A stretch of DNA of 64,000 bases, taken from NCBI RefSeq assembly GCF_009914755.1, contig NC_060938.1; one strand, given 5' to 3'. This DNA is from the human T2T-CHM13v2.0 reference genome, Homo sapiens. The translations under genes were made by a program, and so were the position numbers. Under the pieces are notes generated by a model. It saw only the letters and a program-made list of their open reading frames with translations. It was not told the origin of the DNA and ran no database searches. Shown here piece by piece: positions 12,501-24,549 of this stretch (the stretch's first letter is position 1; each line of letters starts with the position of its first letter).

Positions 12501-14398
12501 TGTTAGCTGAGTTCACACATCACAAACAAGTTTATGAGAATGCTTCTGTCTAGTTTTTATTTGAAGATATTTCCTTTCTCACCATAGAGCTGAAAGCTGT
12601 CCTAATGTTCACTTCCAGATACTACAGAAAGAGTGTTTCAAAACTGCTGTACGAAAGGGAATGTTCAACTCTGTGACTTGAATGCACACATCACAAAGAA
12701 GTTTCTGAGGATGCTGCTGTCTACTTTTTATACGTAATCCCGTTTCCAACGAAATCCTCCAAGCTATCCAAATATCCACTTGCAGATTCCACAGAAAGAC
12801 TGTTTCAAAACTGCTCTGTCAATAGAAAGGTTCAACTCTGTTAGCTGCATGCATATATCCCAAAGAAGATTCTGAGATTGCTTCTGTCTAGTTTTTATGG
12901 GAAGATATTTCCCTTTTCACCGTAGGCGTCAAGGCGCTCCAAATGTCCACTTCCAGATACTACAAAAAGAGTGTTTCAAACCTACTCTGTGAAAGGGAAT
13001 ATTCAACTCTGTGACTTGAATGCACATATCACAAGGAAGTTTCTGAGAATGCTTCTGTCGAGATTTTATATGAAGATATTCCCGTTTCCAACGAAATCCT
13101 GAAATCTATCCAAATATCCCCTTGCAGATTCTACAAAAAGAGTGTTTCAAAACTGCTCTGTAAAAAGAAAGGTTCAACTCTGTTAGTTGAGTACACACAT
13201 CACAAACAAGTTTCACACAATGCTTCTTTCTAGCTTGTAGGGGAAGATATTCCCTTTATCACCATGGGCCTCAAACCGTCCGATAAGTCCACTTCCATAT
13301 ACTACAAAAAGAGCGTTTCAAACCTGCTCTATGAAAGGCAATGTTCAACTCTGTGACTTGAATGCAGACATCACAGAGCAGTTTCTGAGAATGCTTCTGT
13401 CTAGATTTTATAGGAAGATATTCCCGTTTCCAACGAAATCTTCACAGCTATCCAAATATCCACTTGCAGATTCTACAAAAAGAGTGTATCAAAACTGCTC
13501 TGTCAAAAGGAAGGTTCTTTTCTGTTAGGTGAGTGCATACGTCATAAAGGAGTTTCTGAGAATGTTTCTGTCTAGTGGTTATGGGAAGATATTTGCTTTT
13601 TCACCGTAGGCCTCAGAGCGCTCCAAATATCCACTTGCACATACTACAAAAAGAGTGCCTCAAAGCTGCTCTCTGAAACGGAATGTTCAACTCTATGAGT
13701 TGAATGCAAACATCGCAAAGACGTTTCTGAGAATGCTTCTGTCTAGATTTGATATGAAGATATTCCCGTTTCCAACGAAATCTTCAAATCTATCCAAATG
13801 TCCACTTGCAGATTCAACAAAAAGTGTTTTTCAGAACTGCTCTATCAAAAGAAAGATCCACCTCTGTTAGCTGAGTTCACACATCACAAACAAGTTTATG
13901 AGAATGCTTCTGTCTAGTTTTTATTTGAAGATATTTCCTTTCTCACCATAGAGCTGAAAGCTGTCCTAATGTTCACTTCCAGATACTACAGAAAGAGTGT
14001 TTCAAAACTGCTGTACGAAAGGGAATGTTCAACTCTGTGACTTGAATGCACACATCACAAAGAAGTTTCTGAGGATGCTGCTGTCTACTTTTTATACGTA
14101 ATCCCGTTTCCAACGAAATCCTCCAAGCTATCCAAATATCCACTTGCAGATTCCACAGAAAGACTGTTTCAAAACTGCTCTGTCAATAGAAAGGTTCAAC
14201 TCTGTTAGCTGCGTGCATATATCCCAAAGAAGATTCTGAGATTGCTTCTGTCTAGTTTTTATGGGAAGATATTTCCCTTTTCACCGTAGGCGTCAAGGCG
14301 CTCCAAATGTCCACTTCCAGATACTACAAAAAGAGTGTTTCAAACCTACTCTGTGAAAGGGAATATTCAACTCTGTGACTTGAATGCACATATCACAA
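3536..14398. repeat. Tandem duplication with a 4-HOR period (5455 bp); boundaries approximate
   Basis: Rare variants recur exactly 5455 bp apart: C>A at 4400/9855, G4>G3 deletion at 6422/11877, caagtct plus atcgga in U6/U10, and the g575+c653 combination in U7/U11. Confidence 0.85.
8989..9005 (-). other. CENP-B box with core mutation (CGGG>CGGT on the minus strand)
   Basis: Plus strand TACCGTTTCCAACGAAA; C>A at 8990 hits the core NTTCGNNNNANNCGGGN. Confidence 0.85.
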
Positions 14399-17171
14399 AG
14401 AAGTTTCTGAGAATGCTTCTGTCGAGATTTTATATGAAGATATTCCCGTTTCCAACGAAATGCTGAAATCTATCCAAATATCCCCTCGCAGATTCTACAA
14501 AAAGAGTGTTTCAAAACTGCTCTGTGAAAAGAAAGGTTCAACTCTGTTAGTTGAGTACACACATCACAAACAAGTTTCACAGAATGCTTCTTTCTAGCTT
14601 GTAGGGGAAGATATTCCCTTTATCACCATGGGCCTCCAACCGTCCGAAACATCCACTTCCATATACTACAAAAAGAGCGTTTCAAACCTGCTCTATGAAA
14701 GGCAATGTTCAACTCTGTGACTTGAATGCAGACATCACAGAGCAGTTTCTGAGAATGCTTCTGTCTAGATTTTATAGGAAGATATTCCCGTTTCCAACGA
14801 AATCTTCACAGCTATCCAAATATCCACTTGCAGATTCTACAAAAAGAGTGTATCAAAACTGCTCTGTCAAAAGGAAGGTTCTTCTCTGTTAGGTGAGTGC
14901 ATACGTCATAAAGGAGTTTCTGAGAATGTTTCTGTCTAGTGGTTATGGGAAGATATTTGCTTTTTCACCGTAGGCCTCAGAGCGCTCCAAATATCCACTT
15001 GCACATACTACAAAAAGAGTGCTTCAAAGCTGCTCTCTGAAACGGAATGTTCAACTCTATGAGTTGAATGCAAACATCACAAAGACGTTTCTGAGAATGC
15101 TTCTGTCTAGATTTGATATGAAGATATTCCCGTTTCCAACGAAATCTTCAAATCTATCCAAATGTCCACTTGCAGATTCAACAAAAAGTGTTTTTCAGAA
15201 CTGCTCTATCAAAAGAAAGATCCACCTCTGTTAGCTGAGTTCACACATCACAAACAAGTTTATGAGAATGCTTCTGTCTAGTTTTTATTTGAAGATATTT
15301 CCTTTCTCACCATAGAGCTGAAAGCTGTCCTAATGTTCACTTCCAGATACTACAGAAAGAGTGTTTCAAAACTGCTGTACGAAAGGGAATGTTCAACTCT
15401 GTGACTTGAATGCACACATCACAAAGAAGTTTCTGAGGATGCTGCTGTCTACTTTTTATACGTAATCCCGTTTCCAACGAAATCCTCCAAGCTATCCAAA
15501 TATCCACTTGCAGATTCCACAGAAAGACTGTTTCAAAACTGCTCTGTCAATAGAAAGGTTCAACTCTGTTAGCTGCATGCATATATCCCAAAGAAGATTC
15601 TGAGATTGCTTCTGTCTAGTTTTTATGGGAAGATATTTCCCTTTTCACCGTAGGCGTCAAGGCGCTCCAAATGTCCACTTCCAGATACTACAAAAAGAGT
15701 GTTTCAAACCTACTCTGTGAAAGGAAATATTCAACTCTGTGACTTGAATGCACATATCACAAGGAAGTTTCTGAGAATGCTTCTGTCGAGATTTTATATG
15801 AAGATATTCCCGTTTCCAACGAAATCCTGAAATCTATCCAAATATCCCCTTGCAGATTCTACAAAAAGAGTGTTTCAAAACTGCTCTGTAAAAAGAAAGG
15901 TTCAACTCTGTTAGTTGAGTACACACATCACAAACAAGTTTCACACAATGCTTCTTTCTAGCTTGTAGGGGAAGATATTCCCTTTATCACCATGGGCCTC
16001 AAACCGTCCGATAAGTCCACTTCCATATACTACAAAAAGAGCGTTTCAAACCTGCTCTATGAAAGGCAATGTTCAACTCTGTGACTTGAATGCAGACATC
16101 ACAGAGCAGTTTCTGAGAATGCTTCTGTCTAGATTTTATAGGAAGATATTCCCGTTTCCAACGAAATCTTCACAGCTATCCAAATATCCACTTGCAGATT
16201 CTACAAAAAGAGTGTATCAAAACTGCTCTGTCAAAAGGAAGGTTCTTTTCTGTTAGGTGAGTGCATACGTCATAAAGGAGTTTCTGAGAATGTTTCTGTC
16301 TAGTGGTTATGGGAAGATATTTGCTTTTTCACCGTAGGCCTCAGAGCGCTCCAAATATCCACTTGCACATACTACAAAAAGAGTGCCTCAAAGCTGCTCT
16401 CTGAAACGGAATGTTCAACTCTATGAGTTGAATGCAAACATCGGAAAGACGTTTCTGAGAATGCTTCTGTCTAGATTTGATATGAAGATATTCCCGTTTC
16501 CAACGAAATCTTCAAATCTATCCAAATGTCCACTTGCAGATTCAACAAAAAGTGTTTTTCAGAACTGCTCTATCAAAAGAAAGATCCACCTCTGTTAGCT
16601 GAGTTCACACATCACAAACAAGTTTATGAGAATGCTTCTGTCTAGTTTTTATTTGAAGATATTTCCTTTCTCACCATAGAGCTGAAAGCTGTCCTAATGT
16701 TCACTTCCAGATACTACAGAAAGAGTGTTTCAAAACTGCTGTACGAAAGGGAATGTTCAACTCTGTGACTTGAATGCACACATCACAAAGAAGTTTCTGA
16801 GGATGCTGCTGTCTACTTTTTATACGTAATCCCGTTTCCAACGAAATCCTCCAAGCTATCCAAATATCCACTTGCAGATTCCACAGAAAGACTGTTTCAA
16901 AACTGCTCTGTCAATAGAAAGGTTCAACTCTGTTAGCTGCATGCATATATCCCAAAGAAGATTCTGAGATTGCTTCTGTCTAGTTTTTATGGGAAGATAT
17001 TTCCCTTTTCACCGTAGGCGTCAAGGCGCTCCAAATGTCCACTTCCAGATACTACAAAAAGAGTGTTTCAAACCTACTCTGTGAAAGGGAATATTCAACT
17101 CTGTGACTTGAATGCACATATCACAAGGAAGTTTCTGAGAATGCTTCTGTCGAGATTTTATATGAAGATAT

Positions 17172-17188
17172 TACCGTTTCCAACGAAA
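17172..17188 (-). other. CENP-B box with core mutation (CGGG>CGGT on the minus strand)
   Basis: Plus strand TACCGTTTCCAACGAAA; C>A at 17173, with an additional flanking C>A at 17191. Confidence 0.85.
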
Positions 17189-20100
17189 TCATGAAATCTA
17201 TCCAAATATCCCCTTGCAGATTCTACAAAAAGAGTGTTTCAAAACTGCTCTGTAAAAAGAAAGGTTCAACTCTGTTAGTTGAGTACACACATCACAAACA
17301 AGTTTCACACAATGCTTCTTTCTAGCTTGTAGGGGAAGATATTCCCTTTATCACCATGGGCCTCAAACCGTCCGATAAGTCCACTTCCATATACTACAAA
17401 AAGAGCGTTTCAAACCTGCTCTATGAAAGGCAATGTTCAACTCTGTGACTTGAATGCAGACATCACAGAGCAGTTTCTGAGAATGCTTCTGTCTAGATTT
17501 TATAGGAAGATATTCCCGTTTCCAACGAAATCTTCACAGCTATCCAAATATCCACTTGCAGATTCTACAAAAAGAGTGTATCAAAACTGCTCTGTCAAAA
17601 GGAAGGTTCTTTTCTGTTAGGTGAGTGCATACGTCATAAAGGAGTTTCTGAGAATGTTTCTGTCTAGTGGTTATGGGAAGATATTTGCTTTTTCACCGTA
17701 GGCCTCAGAGCGCTCCAAATATCCACTTGCACATACTACAAAAAGAGTGCCTCAAAGCTGCTCTCTGAAACGGAATGTTCAACTCTATGAGTTGAATGCA
17801 AACATCGCAAAGACGTTTCTGAGAATGCTTCTGTCTAGATTTGATATGAAGATATTCCCGTTTCCAACGAAATCTTCAAATCTATCCAAATGTCCACTTG
17901 CAGATTCAACAAAAAGTGTTTTTCAGAACTGCTCTATCAAAAGAAAGATCCACCTCTGTTAGCTGAGTTCACACATCACAAACAAGTTTATGAGAATGCT
18001 TCTGTCTAGTTTTTATTTGAAGATATTTCCTTTCTCACCATAGAGCTGAAAGCTGTCCTAATGTTCACTTCCAGATACTACAGAAAGAGTGTTTCAAAAC
18101 TGCTGTACGAAAGGGAATGTTCAACTCTGTGACTTGAATGCACACATCACAAAGAAGTTTCTGAGGATGCTGCTGTCTACTTTTTATACGTAATCCCGTT
18201 TCCAACGAAATCCTCCAAGCTATCCAAATATCCACTTGCAGATTCCACAGAAAGACTGTTTCAAAACTGCTCTGTCAATAGAAAGGTTCAACTCTGTTAG
18301 CTGCATGCATATATCCCAAAGAAGATTCTGAGATTGCTTCTGTCTAGTTTTTATGGGAAGATATTTCCCTTTTCACCGTAGGCGTCAAGGCGCTCCAAAT
18401 GTCCACTTCCAGATACTACAAAAAGAGTGTTTCAAACCTACTCTGTGAAAGGGAATATTCAACTCTGTGACTTGAATGCACATATCACAAGGAAGTTTCT
18501 GAGAATGCTTCTGTCGAGATTTTATATGAAGATATTCCCGTTTCCAACGAAATCCTGAAATCTATCCAAATATCCCCTTGCAGATTCTACAAAAAGAGTG
18601 TTTCAAAACTGCTCTGTAAAAAGAAAGGTTCAACTCTGTTAGTTGAGTACACACATCACAAACAAGTTTCACACAATGCTTCTTTCTAGCTTGTAGGGGA
18701 AGATATTCCCTTTATCACCATGGGCCTCAAACCGTCCGATAAGTCCACTTCCATATACTACAAAAAGAGCGTTTCAAACCTGCTCTATGAAAGGCAATGT
18801 TCAACTCTGTGACTTGAATGCAGACATCACAGAGCAGTTTCTGAGAATGCTTCTGTCTAGATTTTATAGGAAGATATTCCCGTTTCCAACGAAATCTTCA
18901 CAGCTATCCAAATATCCACTTGCAGATTCTACAAAAAGAGTGTATCAAAACTGCTCTGTCAAAAGGAAGGTTCTTTTCTGTTAGGTGAGTGCATACGTCA
19001 TAAAGGAGTTTCTGAGAATGTTTCTGTCTAGTGGTTATGGGAAGATATTTGCTTTTTCACCGTAGGCCTCAGAGCGCTCCAAATATCCACTTGCACATAC
19101 TACAAAAAGAGTGCCTCAAAGCTGCTCTCTGAAACGGAATGTTCAACTCTATGAGTTGAATGCAAACATCGCAAAGACGTTTCTGAGAATGCTTCTGTCT
19201 AGATTTGATATGAAGATATTCCCGTTTCCAACGAAATCTTCAAATCTATCCAAATGTCCACTTGCAGATTCAACAAAAAGTGTTTTTCAGAACTGCTCTA
19301 TCAAAAGAAAGATCCACCTCTGTTAGCTGAGTTCACACATCACAAACAAGTTTATGAGAATGCTTCTGTCTAGTTTTTATTTGAAGATATTTCCTTTCTC
19401 ACCATAGAGCTGAAAGCTGTCCTAATGTTCACTTCCAGATACTACAGAAAGAGTGTTTCAAAACTGCTGTACGAAAGGGAATGTTCAACTCTGTGACTTG
19501 AATGCACACATCACAAAGAAGTTTCTGAGGATGCTGCTGTCTACTTTTTATACGTAATCCCGTTTCCAACGAAATCCTCCAAGCTATCCAAATATCCACT
19601 TGCAGATTCCACAGAAAGACTGTTTCAAAACTGCTCTGTCAATAGAAAGGTTCAACTCTGTTAGCTGCGTGCATATATCCCAAAGAAGATTCTGAGATTG
19701 CTTCTGTCTAGTTTTTATGGGAAGATATTTCCCTTTTCACCGTAGGTGTCAAGGCGCTCCAAATGTCCACTTCCAGATACTACAAAAAGAGTGTTTCAAA
19801 CCTACTCTGTGAAAGGGAATATTCAACTCTGTGACTTGAATGCACATATCACAAAGAAGTTTCTGAGAATGCTTCTGTCGAGATTTTATATGAAGATATT
19901 CCCGTTTCCAACGAAATGCTGAAATCTATCCAAATATCCCCTCGCAGATTCTACAAAAAGAGTGTTTCAAAACTGCTCTGTGAAAAGAAAGGTTCAACTC
20001 TGTTAGTTGAGTACACACATCACAAACAAGTTTCACAGAATGCTTCTTTCTAGCTTGTAGGGAAGATATTCCCTTTATCACCATGGGCCTCCAACCGTCC

Positions 20101-23100
20101 GAAACATCCACTTCCATATACTACAAAAAGAGCGTTTCAAACCTGCTCTATGAAAGGCAATGTTCAACTCTGTGACTTGAATGCAGACATCACAGAGCAG
20201 TTTCTGAGAATGCTTCTGTCTAGATTTTATAGGAAGATATTCCCGTTTCCAACGAAATCTTCACAGCTATCCAAATATCCACTTGCAGATTCTACAAAAA
20301 GAGTGTATCAAAACTGCTCTGTCAAAAGGAAGGTTCTTTTCTGTTAGGTGAGTGCATACGTCATAAAGGAGTTTCTGAGAATGTTTCTGTCTAGTGGTTA
20401 TGGGAAGATATTTGCTTTTTCACCGTAGGCCTCAGAGCGCTCCAAATATCCACTTGCACATACTACAAAAAGAGTGCCTCAAAGCTGCTCTCTGAAACGG
20501 AATGTTCAACTCTATGAGTTGAATGCAAACATCGGAAAGACGTTTCTGAGAATGCTTCTGTCTAGATTTGATATGAAGATATTCCCGTTTCCAACGAAAT
20601 CTTCAAATCTATCCAAATGTCCACTTGCAGATTCAACAAAAAGTGTTTTTCAGAACTGCTCTATCAAAAGAAAGATCCACCTCTGTTAGCTGAGTTCACA
20701 CATCACAAACAAGTTTATGAGAATGCTTCTGTCTAGTTTTTATTTGAAGATATTTCCTTTCTCACCATAGAGCTGAAAGCTGTCCTAATGTTCACTTCCA
20801 GATACTACAGAAAGAGTGTTTCAAAACTGCTGTACGAAAGGGAATGTTCAACTCTGTGACTTGAATGCACACATCACAAAGAAGTTTCTGAGGATGCTGC
20901 TGTCTACTTTTTATACGTAATCCCGTTTCCAACGAAATCCTCCAAGCTATCCAAATATCCACTTGCAGATTCCACAGAAAGACTGTTTCAAAACTGCTCT
21001 GTCAATAGAAAGGTTCAACTCTGTTAGCTGCATGCATATATCCCAAAGAAGATTCTGAGATTGCTTCTGTCTAGTTTTTATGGGAAGATATTTCCCTTTT
21101 CACCGTAGGCGTCAAGGCGCTCCAAATGTCCACTTCCAGATACTACAAAAAGAGTGTTTCAAACCTACTCTGTGAAAGGGAATATTCAACTCTGTGACTT
21201 GAATGCACATATCACAAGGAAGTTTCTGAGAATGCTTCTGTCGAGATTTTATATGAAGATATTCCCGTTTCCAACGAAATCCTGAAATCTATCCAAATAT
21301 CCCCTTGCAGATTCTACAAAAAGAGTGTTTCAAAACTGCTCTGTAAAAAGAAAGGTTCAACTCTGTTAGTTGAGTACACACATCACAAACAAGTTTCACA
21401 CAATGCTTCTTTCTAGCTTGTAGGGGAAGATATTCCCTTTATCACCATGGGCCTCAAACCGTCCGATAAGTCCACTTCCATATACTACAAAAAGAGCGTT
21501 TCAAACCTGCTCTATGAAAGGCAATGTTCAACTCTGTGACTTGAATGCAGACATCACAGAGCAGTTTCTGAGAATGCTTCTGTCTAGATTTTATAGGAAG
21601 ATATTCCCGTTTCCAACGAAATCTTCACAGCTATCCAAATATCCACTTGCAGATTCTACAAAAAGAGTGTATCAAAACTGCTCTGTCAAAAGGAAGGTTC
21701 TTTTCTGTTAGGTGAGTGCATACGTCATAAAGGAGTTTCTGAGAATGTTTCTGTCTAGTGGTTATGGGAAGATATTTGCTTTTTCACCGTAGGCCTCAGA
21801 GCGCTCCAAATATCCACTTGCACATACTACAAAAAGAGTGCCTCAAAGCTGCTCTCTGAAACGGAATGTTCAACTCTATGAGTTGAATGCAAACATCGCA
21901 AAGACGTTTCTGAGAATGCTTCTGTCTAGATTTGATATGAAGATATTCCCGTTTCCAACGAAATCTTCAAATCTATCCAAATGTCCACTTGCAGATTCAA
22001 CAAAAAGTGTTTTTCAGAACTGCTCTATCAAAAGAAAGATCCACCTCTGTTAGCTGAGTTCACACATCACAAACAAGTTTATGAGAATGCTTCTGTCTAG
22101 TTTTTATTTGAAGATATTTCCTTTCTCACCATAGAGCTGAAAGCTGTCCTAATGTTCACTTCCAGATACTACAGAAAGAGTGTTTCAAAACTGCTGTACG
22201 AAAGGGAATGTTCAACTCTGTGACTTGAATGCACACATCACAAAGAAGTTTCTGAGGATGCTGCTGTCTACTTTTTATACGTAATCCCGTTTCCAACGAA
22301 ATCCTCCAAGCTATCCAAATATCCACTTGCAGATTCCACAGAAAGACTGTTTCAAAACTGCTCTGTCAATAGAAAGGTTCAACTCTGTTAGCTGCGTGCA
22401 TATATCCCAAAGAAGATTCTGAGATTGCTTCTGTCTAGTTTTTATGGGAAGATATTTCCCTTTTCACCGTAGGTGTCAAGGCGCTCCAAATGTCCACTTC
22501 CAGATACTACAAAAAGAGTGTTTCAAACCTACTCTGTGAAAGGGAATATTCAACTCTGTGACTTGAATGCACATATCACAAAGAAGTTTCTGAGAATGCT
22601 TCTGTCGAGATTTTATATGAAGATATTCCCGTTTCCAACGAAATGCTGAAATCTATCCAAATATCCCCTCGCAGATTCTACAAAAAGAGTGTTTCAAAAC
22701 TGCTCTGTGAAAAGAAAGGTTCAACTCTGTTAGTTGAGTACACACATCACAAACAAGTTTCACAGAATGCTTCTTTCTAGCTTGTAGGGGAAGATATTCC
22801 CTTTATCACCATGGGCCTCCAACCGTCCGAAACATCCACTTCCATATACTACAAAAAGAGCGTTTCAAACCTGCTCTATGAAAGGCAATGTTCAACTCTG
22901 TGACTTGAATGCAGACATCACAGAGCAGTTTCTGAGAATGCTTCTGTCTAGATTTTATAGGAAGATATTCCCGTTTCCAACGAAATCTTCACAGCTATCC
23001 AAATATCCACTTGCAGATTCTACAAAAAGAGTGTATCAAAACTGCTCTGTCAAAAGGAAGGTTCTTCTCTGTTAGGTGAGTGCATACGTCATAAAGGAGT

Positions 23101-24549
23101 TTCTGAGAATGTTTCTGTCTAGTGGTTATGGGAAGATATTTGCTTTTTCACCGTAGGCCTCAGAGCGCTCCAAATATCCACTTGCACATACTACAAAAAG
23201 AGTGCTTCAAAGCTGCTCTCTGAAACGGAATGTTCAACTCTATGAGTTGAATGCAAACATCACAAAGACGTTTCTGAGAATGCTTCTGTCTAGATTTGAT
23301 ATGAAGATATTCCCGTTTCCAACGAAATCTTCAAATCTATCCAAATGTCCACTTGCAGATTCAACAAAAAGTGTTTTTCAGAACTGCTCTATCAAAAGAA
23401 AGATCCACCTCTGTTAGCTGAGTTCACACATCACAAACAAGTTTATGAGAATGCTTCTGTCTAGTTTTTATTTGAAGATATTTCCTTTCTCACCATAGAG
23501 CTGAAAGCTGTCCTAATGTTCACTTCCAGATACTACAGAAAGAGTGTTTCAAAACTGCTGTACGAAAGGGAATGTTCAACTCTGTGACTTGAATGCACAC
23601 ATCACAAAGAAGTTTCTGAGGATGCTGCTGTCTACTTTTTATACGTAATCCCGTTTCCAACGAAATCCTCCAAGCTATCCAAATATCCACTTGCAGATTC
23701 CACAGAAAGACTGTTTCAAAACTGCTCTGTCAATAGAAAGGTTCAACTCTGTTAGCTGCATGCATATATCCCAAAGAAGATTCTGAGATTGCTTCTGTCT
23801 AGTTTTTATGGGAAGATATTTCCCTTTTCACCGTAGGCGTCAAGGCGCTCCAAATGTCCACTTCCAGATACTACAAAAAGAGTGTTTCAAACCTACTCTG
23901 TGAAAGGAAATATTCAACTCTGTGACTTGAATGCACATATCACAAGGAAGTTTCTGAGAATGCTTCTGTCGAGATTTTATATGAAGATATTCCCGTTTCC
24001 AACGAAATCCTGAAATCTATCCAAATATCCCCTTGCAGATTCTACAAAAAGAGTGTTTCAAAACTGCTCTGTAAAAAGAAAGGTTCAACTCTGTTAGTTG
24101 AGTACACACATCACAAACAAGTTTCACACAATGCTTCTTTCTAGCTTGTAGGGGAAGATATTCCCTTTATCACCATGGGCCTCAAACCGTCCGATAAGTC
24201 CACTTCCATATACTACAAAAAGAGCGTTTCAAACCTGCTCTATGAAAGGCAATGTTCAACTCTGTGACTTGAATGCAGACATCACAGAGCAGTTTCTGAG
24301 AATGCTTCTGTCTAGATTTTATAGGAAGATATTCCCGTTTCCAACGAAATCTTCACAGCTATCCAAATATCCACTTGCAGATTCTACAAAAAGAGTGTAT
24401 CAAAACTGCTCTGTCAAAAGGAAGGTTCTTTTCTGTTAGGTGAGTGCATACGTCATAAAGGAGTTTCTGAGAATGTTTCTGTCTAGTGGTTATGGGAAGA
24501 TATTTGCTTTTTCACCGTAGGCCTCAGAGCGCTCCAAATATCCACTTGC

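Larger units (their letters stand above)
8184..24549. repeat. Older tandem duplication with a 6-HOR period (8183 bp), U7-U12 versus U13-U18
   Basis: Shared at an 8183 bp offset: CENP-B box 3 mutation at 8990/17173, G deletion at 11877/20060, atcgga in U10/U16, B-type units U11/U17, and ggaaat units U12/U18. Several single-site mismatches separate the two copies. Confidence 0.75.
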
